DNA of 64,000 nucleotides, taken from positions 34,224,001 to 34,288,000 of the forward strand of contig CM114271.1 of NCBI GenBank assembly GCA_050084515.1, in the 5' to 3' direction. The translations under genes and the position numbers were made by a program. The DNA is from Blasia pusilla (taxonomy: Eukaryota). The notes beneath the pieces were generated by a model. It was not told where the DNA came from. It searched no databases and was given only the letters and a program-made list of their open reading frames with translations. Below are positions 50,706 through 64,000 of the stretch, one piece after another. Within the stretch, counting starts at the first letter, position 1. The number at the start of each line of letters is the position of its first letter.

Positions 50706-53700
50706 ATGACGGACGAAAATTTGAAAGCGGCCAAGAAGCAGCCCTCAAAGTAGGATGGGTCATCTGCACTCGCTCCAGGGTCGATGGAATTGTGGTTGCT
50801 CGCAGTCGCAGAGCTCATGTTCGTTTGAGTCGATTAGGGGGGTCTCGGTGTATCCCATGGCGGAGCTCAGTCTGTTGAGGGCTCCCGGTTTGGTGGGAGT
50901 GCTGTTGGGCAGAGTGATGGTCTGTGCGGGCTAGATTGCTGGCCAATTGATAGTGAAAGCGTGTGTGCGTGGGGTGGCAGGAAAAAGCGAGAGCTGGGAG
51001 AAGGCGATCTACTGAAGGCCGTGATCAGGTCTGGAGAGGAGTCTGGGACGCCCAAGGATGGTGATCTCGTCATCTTCCACTGCACGACGTACAGTGAGGA
51101 GGGGGCGATCATGGACTCGACCAGAGCCGAACATGGAGGTTTGTACATGTATTTTTTCATCGCCGATTCTTACTGTGAAAGTGATTTGCAGTTGCGGAGG
51201 AGCATGGGATCCCAGGGAAATAGTCTGGGCTGTCATGTAATCTTGGTTGTGGGATAATCTGTAGGTCTTCCAGTGGAGCTCAGTTGGTACATTACCTTTT
51301 AAGTGCCTATCTCTACTATGAAGTGCTGTACAGAGTGGGGGAGGTACGGGATCCCAGAGACACGAGTTTCGCTTACATGCAATCTTAGTCCCACGAAATT
51401 TGTAGATACTCGCAGAGCTGAACATGGAAGTTATATCTGTCCTTTTAAAATGCTTGTCTCGACAAAGAACGGGGTGTACACAGTGGAGAAGCATTGGACC
51501 TCGGAGATATGAGGTTGGCGCCGTGCTTTCTCATTCTCAGGATAGTTTCTAGGTCGTTGAGTCGATGGGAACCAAACATGGAATTCAGTACAATTTTTCT
51601 TGTTAGAACGATTTGTAGCTTGGTATTCATTATTCGACGTTGTGTACAGGAAATGGTCGTCCCCAAAAGTTGGTGCTGGGGAAAAGCAAAATGATTGCAG
51701 GCTGGGAGGAGGGACTCCCAACCATGAGCAAGGGAGAAGTGTCCAGGGTAAGCTCTCAGTTGTTAGCTTACGGATTTATTACGTGGAACTGTTCAAAGAT
51801 CTGGACTAATCACCAAGGACCAGTTGGTGATTATGCTAGTGTGAGGTCTTGGAATTGGCATGAATAGAAGGTGAGTGAGTGCTTTTCCTTCCTATGAAAG
51901 TTGACATGAAACTCATGTTTGTTTGCACAGTTCAAAGTGAGAGCGAAATTGCACTACGGAGATCCAGAGTGCCCTGTTCCCGTGCCTGAGAGTTTTCCTA
52001 CATCTGGTGATCTGCAATTCGACATTGAAATGATCAACTTTTTTAAAGTGAAGGTGGGCAGCTTCTTCTTCTCAATCTAACCTAATGCGGTGTTGCTTAT
52101 CTTTTTGTGTGTTGCAAGTCTATTAAAATTTTTGCTCATGGAATCAATTTAGAGCACAGTAAGTACCCAGTATTAAAGTCTGTGTTAGTGCAAGGCGATT
52201 CAATTTCGTTCCAATGGGTTAAAGGTGGAGTACACTTATTTTCAATGTATATCAACCACTTGCTGTCTTACCAAGTACAGTTCTGATCCAATAAAATGCT
52301 ATAATGTGGTATTGGGACGCCAATGCCGTCCATGCTTGTGTTGTAAAAGTGGATGCTGTGTGAGAATTCTTGGATTGGAAGTGGACATTGGATGATTCAT
52401 GGCCGTTTGACCCAAGGCTCAGACAGTGATTTTAACTCTCGGGATGGTTCTCTAGGTGGTCACAGATGATTTTGGCGTTTTGAAGCAGGTATGCTGTTTC
52501 TATAATTAGAACCCTTGTTGACATGAGCTGCATATGTACCTCCTTGAACAAACAGTGAAGGAGAATTTGGCTCACTTGAGTTATCTTCTGTGCCTGCCCT
52601 ATATTTAAGATCATACTGTCTAGAACAGAATTTCTAGCATCAGCAGATGTTGGAGTGAGATGATATAGCTAGCTCATGTAAGGGTTTGCTGTTCTTCGAG
52701 TTGCGGTGGTTGCATGACTACACAGATCTCATTGTGAGTTTCAACTCCTTTCATACCCTCTTCAGGTGCTGACAGATGGAGAGGGCTGGGAGACTCCAAG
52801 GGTGCCTTACGAAGTCAGAGTCAGGTTTGTGAAATACTCTCTTTTCTCTCATTCTTAGGCCATACCAAGTATAAGTCTAATATGACTCGTGTTCCACCAG
52901 TGCCATGCACAGGACTAATCCTGCAGCACACATTAATTTTTCTGTTCTTGCTGCCTGTGGTATGAGAAACATTTTCTTGCTGTCCGGTTGCCAGTGTCAA
53001 GCAGATAGGTATGTGCAAATCAAGAAGCCACTCTCCAATAATAGTATAGATGTCAGGTGAAGAGTTTATGGATATTTATGAACATATGTTTCAACCAGGA
53101 CCTAAAACTCGAGTGGTAACCTCTTTCAACATCGGAAGACAGATGCAAATGTGAAGAGGGCCTGAACAAGTCAGGAAGCAGCTCTATTGATTCTCTAGAT
53201 TTTATAGTTTTTATTCTGTCATTGTCATACCTATGTGTTACTTTTGCAGAATCACCGGACAAATACCTGGTGGTGCAACTTTCTTTGAGCGCAAAGAGGA
53301 ACCTCTACACTTCAGGTTTGGCAACAAAGAGGTGCGATGGTTTTATGTCTGACTGGTCACTTTGTGAGTTATAGTTACTGTCAAAGCTCTTTCTCCTTCG
53401 ATTTCTAGCGTAATTACCAGATCTGACAAATCTTATTCGTTTGTACTCTAGCCATGCTTAGGACATAACATCACACCTTAAGCATGATTGTGTCGGTCTC
53501 AACCTATGTTCCACAGGATGTGGAAAGTGTGGGAAAGAGAATATCTTATTTACCCTTTTCATACCATCCATGTGAGGGAGCATTTGAGCTTGTCCTTAGC
53601 TTGACAAAAGAGTGAAAGTTTCAGGTGCTTGTCCCCAGGCAAAACTTTCGACGGGTAAGCTTGTGAAGCCGGTTTTGTTTTTCACTTGTATCTCGGTGAA

Positions 53701-56700
53701 TGAATGCACTCAAGTTTCACTGTATTTTGCAGTTACCAGACGGTCTTGAGCAAGGAATTGGAACCATGACTAAAAGTGAGAAGGCCATCATATATGTCTC
53801 TCGTTCTTACATCACGGAGGCATCAGCCATTCCAGAACTACCAACCCAAGCACAAGAGATAGAATTTGAAGTGGAAGTGCTGCAGGTTATACAGGTGGGT
53901 TTCTTTGGCTCACTTATGACCTCTATTTTGTACTTCCATGTAAGGATTGTTTATGGCTTCTTGTTTTGCAATGTATTTGTCCTTTTGACATGGCGCCGTC
54001 CATGAATGTACACGCTATTTTGCGGGTTTGTCTGTCTTTAACAGGTACGCGATATGCTGGGTGATGGTAGTGTTATGAAGCGGCGCTTGCGAGATGGTGA
54101 AGGTTGGAATTTCTTTAAAATATGCCACCTTTTTTAATGATCTAAAATACCCTGAAAGGTGTTTAAGGTCTCAAGGGTTTCTAGTTTAAGAGGAGATGAG
54201 ATATATTGTTACAATGCTGGCATTATTCTCGCAAATGAATAATGAAACAAGGAAGCAGAAGTAGTGTGTGGTATGGATGTCTAAAACAGTGCCCACCTTC
54301 AAAGAGGACTCCTCCAGGATTTGGTCACCATGAAAGTACGAGCTTTTGAGTTTAAGTTTCTGCTTACAGTTCTAAAGGAGTTTACTTAGTAGGCTGCCCT
54401 TGGTCATGGGTATGTTTCTCCCCTTCTTGGCCCATTAGCCACCAGGATCTAACCAAATTCACTTTGATTCCTTTCATCATTCCTTGAACCTCTGATGAGT
54501 GCTCTCGATTGGGATACTAGATACTATCTAGATTTTAACAAGTTTCTGATATTTTCCTATTGGCCAACTCTATCCAGGTGAATTTCCTGTTGATTGTCCT
54601 CTCCATGATAGCACATTGCGCATACACTACAAGGGTAGACTGCCAAGTGAAGGATTCAAGGTTTTTATTGACACTAGAGAAAAGGATGGTGGCAAACCTG
54701 TTGAGTTTAATTCTGGAGAAGGCATGGTATGTCTCTGCAATGATATTATCTTTCGGAAGCAGGGATAAAACGGAATTGTGGCAAAGTTTCTGCGTCAAGA
54801 ATTTTGTCCTAGTGCAAGAGATGATCCTGTAAGGTTGTGGATTTGAGAGATGTCAAGGTCAGAGAGTTTTATTAAACTTTGACTTGCTTGCCAGATCTTT
54901 GCATAGCATCACTATCAGTGATGCTACGCTAAAGATCTGGCAAGCAAGTCAAACTAACTGCTACTTACTGCCATCTGTGATTGACTAGAGGGGTCTCTGA
55001 CATTTATTTTTTCCATGTCATGAAGGTGCCAGAAGGTTTGGAAATGTGTGTTAGGCTCATGCTTCCCGGTGAAGTGTCTGTCGTCAACAGTATATCAAAA
55101 TATGCCTATGATAAGTTTACCAGGTAAAGCAAATTTGGAGTGGGATCTGAGTGCCTGGCCTGTGTGAGTGCTTTAGTTTTGTAGCCAAAGCTTTTTCCTT
55201 TGTAGTGCAAAAGTTCTGCCAAGTGCAAGGAGTTAGTTGGAGGATTCAAGGGAATCTACTCGCTGTTTATTCTAAAACTTAATACCTGTACAGAAGTATG
55301 ACATGTGCCATGCACTCCTGGTACAATGTGGATGTATCCCTTGGGTCCTTGAGTGTGAAGTGTATTGTGGCTCTCACAGGAAAATAAGTTGTTGCAGTGT
55401 GCTTTCACCACTGAAGCAAATAACTCCTGGAAAATCTATAACTTTGGCTTCTAACTTGACCAGTTCATGTGGCTGCGATTGTGTATGCCTCTGACATTAT
55501 GCCAGAATTGAACTTTTGAAAGCAGTTCTTCATTCCATGCTAGATTCAGTGCCGTCCTGTTCTATCAAAGTTGTATATGTGTGCTCTGTCCATGGATTTG
55601 AACCCTTGAAAGCAAAGTCTCAATGTATCATAGTTACTGTTGGTCCATCAACCACAACAAAGATTAAGTTTGTTCATCTGTGAGTTCTATAGAAGACTTT
55701 CCTAAATTTGTGATTTTATGGTGTGAGATTTTTAGGCCCCCACTAGTGCCTGAGGGAGCATCTGTGCAATGGGAGGTGGAGCTGGTTAGCTTCGACAAAC
55801 GAAAGGTAAGGTTGTGCATCCTCTTCTCTTCACACTTGCAATGTATCTAGCTGGCTGTCACGGATCTGAGAGCAGAAGTTTAGTGCTGTACCAGCCTTGT
55901 TGTGACCCTTAGTCACTAGGGCATCTCAATAAGGAGTTATGGTCACTACTGTAACTTAGTGTTACAGCAGTAGTTTCAATCATGAATGGGGTACATTCCT
56001 AGGTACCCGGTTTGAGGTCATGGCTGTTGGTTGTCACCTGTGGAACAAGGACGTTGTTCTCTATCCACCCATAAATTCTTTTGTTTCAAGAAGAGTTTTT
56101 TGAAAATAAAAATCAGTATGAGCCACACTTGTGGATTCTTACTGGAACAAAAAGTTTTACGTCCAATCCTTGATTTCAGACGTCCTGTTACCTTTCCTTG
56201 GATATTTAGTTGGCCTCATAAAGATGTCCAACATGTTATGTTTTGTGACAGGATTGGACGGGTTTCACTTTCAAGGAGATAATGGAAGATGCTGAGAAGC
56301 AAAAGGCCACGGTATGCATGGCTCTCCCCCCATCACTGTCAAAGTGTCAGGGCTCCTCAGTGGCTTTGGTGCAAAGTGATTTTTTAATTCTCTTCTGTGC
56401 CAAATTCTGTTCGGTAGTACATGTTTTCTGTATCATAAAGCGAGAGAATGGTCTGTCAGTTTTTGGGGTGTAGTCTTGTGCTGCACTTACACTGCCGAAA
56501 CTTCCGGTTCTGAATGACATGAAGGAGTAATTATTTATTGAAAGTGTAATTATGGTTCTGGCATAGGAACCTCTTAAACTCGATTATTATGTAATTTTTC
56601 AACTTTTGCTAGAAGATGTGTCCAGTTTCGATTATCTACTCAAGCATTCAGGAGTTGACTGGGATCAGTTGTCGTGCAGGGGAATAGATTGTTCAAGGAA

Positions 56701-59432
56701 GGAAAGATCGAGCTAGCAAAGGCCAAGTATGAGTTTGTATGTATCAGAAACCCAATTCAAGTCTCAGTTGTACGCTGACATTTCTGTGATCCTGGTGATG
56801 GACGAAGAGATATTGTTTAGGAAATTTGATTGAGCTGTGCCAGCTATGATACAAAGAGAACCTTTGAAAATCAACTTGTGTAAATCCCTGTGGTCCAAAG
56901 CAGTTTCAATGCATTGTTGCACTAACCGTTCCATTTGGCATTTCCCAGAGCCTTTTGTGCATCATGGCGGTACCAACCTTGGAAACAAGCCAAGAAAGTC
57001 CGATCAAGAATGTCATGACTTTGAGCATTAAAATGCCGCATTGTTTCTTGCAGATTTTGAGGGAGTTTAAACATGTAAATCCTGATGGTGAGGACGAGAC
57101 CAAGGAACTCAGCAATGCACAAGTATGTTTTGTTAAAAATATAGTCCTAGATGGAAATTCATTAGCTTAACTTTGGAGTAACTATTGTCTGTGTTGGTGG
57201 TAAGTGGAATACTTCATGGTACTAATTTCAAGGACAGTGTAGCAGGGTGCCTTCACTGGCCTGCTCTTGAAATTAGAGTTGAAAATTTCGTAATTTATAA
57301 AACTGTGATGGAGGTACTCATCTCAAGAAAGGGGCCAAAGGTTGTGGTATCTATGTATTGATAGACTTTCTCGTTCTTGGCAAACTTTTCCCCTCCAGAT
57401 ATGGGATGTAGAATTAATTTGGAGGTTTTCAGAGACCAGGTGACAAGAGATGGACAAAACTAGTACAGTAGAGCCCAACCAGTGGCCAACTCCCAAGTGC
57501 AATACACCAACAAAGCAGAGCCAATCCTGAGCATGACTCCTATCTCCATCCAGTGATATCTGAATGTAGAATCTCCTTCCTCTATTAAGCTTTTGCCATT
57601 TCTGATCAGGACAGTTGAGAAATTTAACATAGGTTTGTCCATCTATTAATGGACAGGAATATCGTCCTCTTATCTCACAAGTAGATTTTGCAGAGGAAGA
57701 GTACAGAGCTTTAATCTTCTAATGCATGGCATGTAGTGGTGGAATCAAGCCATGAGCCTCACAGCACCAGGCTAAAGGAACGCTACGACAGGCCTACTTC
57801 TGAAAGCATCTAAAGACCGTAGACCCAAATCAGAGTATGTATCTGATTCAACCCTCGTGAAGGTCAAGCACCAGCACCTTAGTGGAAAAGACTCAGAAAC
57901 CTGGGAGGCTTACCAGAGAGAAAAAAACAGTATTTGACGCCAACAAGGTTGACTGAGTGGACTTGGTTGGTTTTCTGGTTCTAATAGTTTCATAAAGATT
58001 CATCAGCTTTTTTGAATGCAAAAAAAAAGAGCTTTGGAATTATGCAATTGGTTCTAATTTCAGAGGTGGATTCAAGTCTTTATCTTTTGATAATGAATGC
58101 TTCATGGGGTTCTTACAAAGATTAACTAGTTCTTGCAATTGCAGATCTCCTTGCAGCTAAATGTCGCTGCGTGCCATCAAAAACTGGCAGACCATGTGAA
58201 GGCTATTGAGTTGTGCAATAAAGTACGTGACTGTTCGAATGTTCTAGCAGACAACTTCCCATTTTGATCCATATTTCTACCAAGACCTGACTTGCAAGTC
58301 TTGGAGATTCTGCTATAGGTCCTTGATGCAGGTCAGACTAAGCGGGTGTAGTTCCACGTAGTACTCTGCATGCACTTTGAGGCTAACTCATGAGTCTACT
58401 ATAAAGGTGCTAGAGGGAAATCCTTATCATGTGAAGGCGCTGTTTCGTCGCGGCACATCTTATACTGCCTCTGGAGACTTCGAAGAGGCTCGTAATGACT
58501 TCAAGCAGGTGAAATGCTTGCCTACAGAACCATTATTATTACTCGAGCAAAACTTTCAGTTCCTAATATTTGAACAAACTTGAGAGGTGAAATTCTTAGG
58601 ATTGCTATAGATTTCATTTTGTTCATCAGTAAATTGATCAGTTTTGTGAAAGTCGTCCATGTCCTCCCTTGGAACTTAGGTGCTTGGAGTTTTGATTAGT
58701 GTGCCAAAATACTTTTGCTCCGTTACGTAGCTAATGCCAAATCTGAATAAAGTGCAGGCTTGAAAAGGATTTTGAAGATGGCTTCTGTAGGCTAATATTG
58801 GGTGTGGATAATGTATGTACAACCATGCAGATGATGAATATTGAGAAGTCGTCAATACCAGATGCAACGGCAGCCTTGGCAAAGCTAAAAAAAGCAGAGA
58901 AGGTTGGTTGGTTGGAACTCGTCCCACCTTGTTTTTCAATAAAATGGGGATATGGGTCATGTTTGGCTGCAGTCAATGACAGCATGAGCTGGACTAAACT
59001 CCAAAGATTATCCTTTCTGTTATCTGCAGTTTTTAGATACCTGTACCTTCTGACTAGTTGTTTGTTTACGAGTGGTCTATTCTATATCATCTCAGGTTAA
59101 GTCATTGCAAAGATCGATGGCCATATTCTGTTGGGTTCAGTGGGGCAACTGGGCACCTGAGACTGCAATTTGTTGTGCAGGAAGCGGAGATGAAGGCACG
59201 AAAGCAATTCAAGGGACTATTTGATAAACAGCCTGGAATTTTGTCCCAGCCGGAAGAGGAGACTTCAAAAGAGAAACTCACCAGTGTCCAGCAAGATGTT
59301 GACGAAGAGCATGATGCAGTGAGAAAGGATGAGGAAAATGTAGTGAACTCTAGCTATACCCCATCCAAACTTCAAGAGGCAGGGATCAGGCTCATTAGAC
59401 GATTGACTTTTGGGAGGTGTTCGATATTATAG
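50706..59432 (+). CDS. PAS1: PASTICCINO1-type peptidyl-prolyl isomerase (3 FKBP domains + TPR), 19 exons
   Basis: Exons 50706-50749, 50981-51138, 51650-51747, 51931-52053, 52456-52488, 52766-52824, 53250-53331, 53733-53894, 54045-54102, 54578-54726, 55026-55123, 55736-55805, 56252-56311, 56680-56736, 57054-57122, 58145-58222, 58407-58508, 58831-58902, 59181-59432. Motifs LLKAVIRSG, LVLGKSKMI, GEFPVDCPLHDS, VPEGLEMCVRLMLPGE, GNRLFKEGK.ELAKAKYE, ARKQFKGLFDK.PG. The first exon is the least certain. Confidence 0.92.
54878..54953. repeat. Near-perfect 76-nt hairpin in PAS1 intron 10
   Basis: TTTGACTTGCTTGCCAGATCTTTGCATAGCATCACT-atc-AGTGATGCTACGCTAAAGATCTGGCAAGCAAGTCAAA: ~36-bp arms, one mismatch, one 1-nt bulge. 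Confidence 0.92.
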
Positions 59433-60399
59433 CTGGTACTCTGTGACTTCAATCATATGCTAAATTCTGCCCATAACACGTCCTCAGCCAGCTTGAGGCG
59501 GAGCTGCACCAGAGGAGATTTGCTGACCCTAGAAATTTTGAGCAGAGGTGGTTCAATTCTGTAAATTGGGAAATTTCATTCCCTTTGTTTAAGATACAAA
59601 CCATTGTAGCAATGCATTATTCTCCCGTCTTAATTAAGGGATTGGTAGGCTATGGAAGACTGCTCTCACTGGGATCCAGGCCCCAATAGCTGTTGTCTAG
59701 ACCGTCACTTAGACTCCCCCGTTCTTAACTGTCTTGACTCTGTTTATCCTTCTTGGTCCCACTCTTCTTTCATCTATTTTTATGCCACGCACAATATGTT
59801 CCCTCTATCTTAGGGTTTTCCATTTTGTTAGGATATTTTGTGTATCTTTTCCAAATAGAAAATTTTCTCTTCATCCACTTTACTTTTACTACCCCCACAT
59901 AATTTCTAAAACAAAATTAATTTAGGGGAAAAAGTTAATATGCTTTAAGAATTTCATTTCTCCCACATCTTTGACTATAAAGCAAACTCCTCGGCTTAAG
60001 ATCCAAACAATATGATCTTGATTAGATATGGGAGCATGTTATATATAACTTCCTATGTCATGGGGTTCTTTCCCAGTATATCTGGTTCGAATATATTTGA
60101 GGGAGATGGAGTATTAGATTCAAGAGAAATTATCATACTTATTTCTTATGGAGGTGTAGAGTTTTCCTCTCAGCCAAATCTGCACCAACTTAAGGGAAGT
60201 TTGGCTTTGGTTCATCGTATCTTGTCCCAATGAAATTTGAGATCTTCTTGGGTTCTTCCATTCACTACAAATGCAGTTCTACCCCATTTCAGTAAATTAA
60301 TTAAGGGAGCCAATCTTTTTAAGGCATCTTCTCACACTCATTGCATTCATCTACTAATATACGGGCGGGGGTATGGCTAATTGGAAATCCGTTATTCTT

Positions 60400-61230
60400 G
60401 CGTTTCATCTTCGTCATAGTATATTCTTGTCAACTCTATGATTATGTTTTGAACCTTCTCACACATCACTTCTAGACGAGTTGAATTGTGAATGGGGGAA
60501 GCCCATTGATGCAAAGGGTATCCACATTCTATGATGTGTACGTGGTGGAAAATAAAAGATAACCCGTGATGCAATGAGAGAGGAGGCAACATTGTTGGCT
60601 CTTACTATAAGATACACGGTTGGGCAAGAACACTTACATGTCTTATGTTCTACTATATAAGCAATGTCTCATTAAAGAGTTGATCTTGTCATATCTCAAG
60701 GTGGCTTTCGTCTTTTGGGTGATGTGGTGTCTTGTGATCCAACACGTTTAGACTTGGTGAGTGGGGTTCTATATACTAAAGGTGTGAATGTAGCAACAAG
60801 AATCAAGAAGTTGAGTTATACGATGATACTTAAGAAGTTAAGTTATGCCGTGATATATGCACCGATGGAATTATTCCTTTTCCAATAAAAGTATTTGGGC
60901 ACTCACATGTGTCTTTTGATGCTTTCTTCTATAATTCCCTTGGAATCTGAGAATCATCATATCGCACCTTCTTATAGTCCTGCTCTCTCTATAATCACTA
61001 CTTATTTTTGGCAATGTGCACAAGGATTGGTGTTGACAGGTCAAGCCAATGTGGTTAGGGCCCACCTTCCTTGTCGTAGATTCACGTCTGACAAACTGCT
61101 AATTTTTTGGTCATATTTGTTTCAAACTATCAATCGTGTAGCTCATCCAATTACTTGTTGTGTTGGCGTTTTCCATCTTCTTTTTGCATTTTATGCCTCC
61201 TTACCTCATTGGGATGTTATTACCTTTCTT
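60400..61230 (+). mobile_element. Third, more diverged CRE-like non-LTR fragment (zinc knuckle + RLE)
   Basis: LNCEWGKPIDAKGIHIL*CVRGG (C-x-C...H...C relic), then RVDLVISQGGFRLLGDVVSCDPTR and FPIKVFG. Confidence 0.55.
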
Positions 61231-61334
61231 TAAGGTTTGCTTTTATGATAAAATGGGCTTTTACCTGGTCTAAAATTCGTACTACTATTGGGTCGTTCTC
61301 GTATTCGACTTAGGCGCGTCACTAAGTTTACTTA

Positions 61335-64000
61335 TGTAGCCACAAGTAAGATCACCCCAAGCCCCAAGACAAACTTCATCTGCCCCGCCGACGCTAGGGC
61401 AAGCCCGAGTGTAATCCAACACAAGGTCATGTTCTAGGTGCCTATCCACATACGAGCTCTCACCTCAAATACTCCTTATCTGTCCTCTTGACTTACATCC
61501 TAAGCCTATGATGAACGACTCATAGCCATGCACTACCACATATAAATTGCAATCAACTCTGGCATCGAATCTTCAAATCCATACACTCCTTTATTGCAAC
61601 ACTAGCATATTCTAGTTACAACGGCCTTCGGCCCAAGATTCCAAAGGGTACAAGTCATGTCTCTAGCTTCTCCTCGTACTAACGTATGTGCTTTGCTTGC
61701 GTTTGCTTGAAGTCTCGCAACAACTCTTGCGCGTGTTCCAAATCCGCCTCCGCAATCCAAGTCGCCTCCTTCACATGGTAGCCCTTCCATTTAACCAAGT
61801 ATTCACACTTATTGGCCCGACGCCTCGAACGTAAGATGGTCTCCACCTCAAACTCCGGCTCTTCATTTATGATCACCGGGTGCGGCCTCACCACCTGTCT
61901 CCGCTCGAAACGTCCATTATCTTGAAGATATTTCTTCAACAATGACACATGAACAACTCGATCGGCAGCCCCAAAGTATACACATCCTCAAACGGGTTTG
62001 CCACAATCACATACGGTCCAGCAAACTTGGCAGACAGCTTCGCAGACAACTCTTTCGGAAGAGTGAGATTCTTCACACTCAACCACACTTGCTCTCCAAC
62101 TTGGAATCACATTTGGCGCCGACTCTTGTTAGCATGCTTAATGTACCTCATTTGAGCCTATGCAAGACTTTACCTTGCTCGCTCTTCCCGTTCTCGCATT
62201 TCTACCAACAAACCTTTTGCCATCGCTTGTCGTGTTCGTGCCAATTTAGTACCCTTCGAAAGGGCTAGGTCAAGAGGCCCTTCTGGCTCTCGTCCATTTT
62301 CCAGGAGAAACGGAGATTCTACAGTTGCAGAATGCTTGGTCGAGTTGTAGCAGTACTCCGCCATGCTCAGCCACTTGACCCAATCTTGTTGATCAGCACT
62401 GACATAATTCCTTAAGTAGTGATTCACGATTGAGTTTACCTTTTCAGTCTGTCCATCCATCTGTGGGTGAAAAGCCGTACTGAAACTCAGCTTGGTCTTA
62501 AACCTCCTAAACAAGTGCTTCCGAAAAGCACTGGTAAACTTTGGATTTCGATCTGAAACAATGCTCCTCGGAAAACCGTGAGCCCGCCACCAGCTATCGA
62601 GAAACAGTTGCGACGTCGTATAAGCCGTTGCGGAAACCACCGTCGGCACGAATCTCGCCAACTTGCTAAACCGATCAACAATCACAAGTATAGCGTTGTA
62701 TCCCTCAGATTTCGGAAGACTCGTGATAAAATCCATACTCATACTTTGCAAGGGTCTTTCTGGGATCGGAAAGGGATGCAGCAAGCCTTGTTTCTTATCA
62801 TAAGAAACTCTATTCGTTGGGCAAGGTCAGAGGTCTTCACATATTGAGCAACATCCTCTTTCATGTTGGGCCAAAAGAATCGCTTCGACAAAACAGCCAG
62901 CGTAGATTTCTCTCCTTTATGTCCTGCCAAGGGTTTGTCGTGACACTCCGCTAACACTTTGGTTCGCATCCTGCCTTGCCCTACATAGATCCTACTCTGC
63001 TTGAACTTTAGTAAACCGTGCCTCAAACTTATGTTGGCCACCTTCTCACCCTGCTTCAACTTCCTCAGGTACTCCCCTCCGTGAGCATCCTTCATATATC
63101 CTTCACGAATCCTTCTTTCCAGGTCTGTTTCTTTAGGGAACATTGCTCTCAAGACCTGTGTCGTCGATGGCATGTGTTCCTCCTTGCGACTCAACGCATC
63201 TGGAATCACATTATCTTTACCTGGCTTGTGAATCAACTCAACATTCATCAGCGCCAAGGTATCATGCCATCGCAGTTTTTTTGGTGTCACTCGATTCTGG
63301 GTCTCAAAATACTTGAGTGATATATTATCGGTGAATACTCGAGTCCTGTGGAGCCCTAGATAATGCCGCCACTTCCTCAAGCAATGTACCACCGCGAACA
63401 ACTCTTTCTCGTTAGTGGGCCATCTCCTTTCAGTATCGCTAAGCTTCTTGCTCTTGTACGCTATGGGTCTCCCTTCTTGCACCAACATTCTTGCAACCGC
63501 GAAATCACTAGCATCGGTATGCACTTCGGACGGTTTGTCAAACTCCGGCAGCTTCAATACTGGTTCCTGCGATAGAATCTGCTTCACTCGGCTGAATGCC
63601 TCGTTAACTTCCTGGGTCCAAACCGTGTTGGCAAACTTTGTTGTCCAATCCGTGAGAGGCCTCATAATTCCCGAAATTTTTTTCACATAAGTGCGATAGA
63701 ACTGCACCGCACCTATGAACCTCCTCATCCCCTTTACAGTGGATGGGGGTTCCCACTCGACAATCGCTTTCACCTTCTCCATGTCTGGACTGACGCCATC
63801 TGCACTAACCACGTGACCCAAGAATTTGATCTTGCTCAAACCAAATTCGCTCTTCTCTACATTCGCATACAGCTGATTTGCCCTTAGCTTAGACAAGACC
63901 GCTCTCACATGTCGAACGTGCTCCTCTAGTGACTTCAAATAGATAAGTATATAGTCAATATAGATGATAACATACTCATCCATTTCCTTGTGAAAAATGG
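61335..64000 (-). mobile_element. Ty3/gypsy chromovirus retrotransposon, 3' part (RT-RNase H-integrase-chromodomain, 3' LTR 61335-61620), running off the window
   Basis: RT YIDYILIY; RNase H VHTDASDFA and EKELFAVV; integrase H..LAGH and SMSMDFIT, FHPQMDGQTE; chromodomain FEVETIL...EYLVKWKGY..EATW. LTR bounded by TGTAAC...GCTACA on the minus strand. Frameshift near 62800 and stop at 62170. Confidence 0.95.

Overview
Eukaryotic land-plant nuclear DNA. It is probably from a seed-free lineage such as a fern or lycophyte; this is inferred from the transposon content. Five intact intron-containing genes can be assembled from GT-AG junctions: a SART3/PRP24-like HAT+RRM splicing factor (minus, 6086-13602), an acylphosphatase with a transit peptide (21912-23190), a WDR25-like WD40 protein (24492-27488), a nuclear Ycf23/DUF561 protein (42275-45272) and the PASTICCINO1-type FKBP-TPR immunophilin (50706-59432). 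Between them lie decayed transposons: Ty1/copia, an intron-containing Helitron, a separate PIF1-type helicase fragment, three CRE-like non-LTR fragments, a probable solo LTR and a chromodomain Ty3/gypsy at the right end. Two findings stand out. (1) A Ty3/gypsy-type pol relic carries a C5-cytosine DNA methyltransferase domain directly upstream of its reverse transcriptase (38100-39440). (2) A ~7.2 kb inversion with GTAC at both breakpoints split the Helitron and the copia element, and the Helitron reading frame rejoins exactly when the inversion is undone. All exon models were read by eye and have no transcript support.
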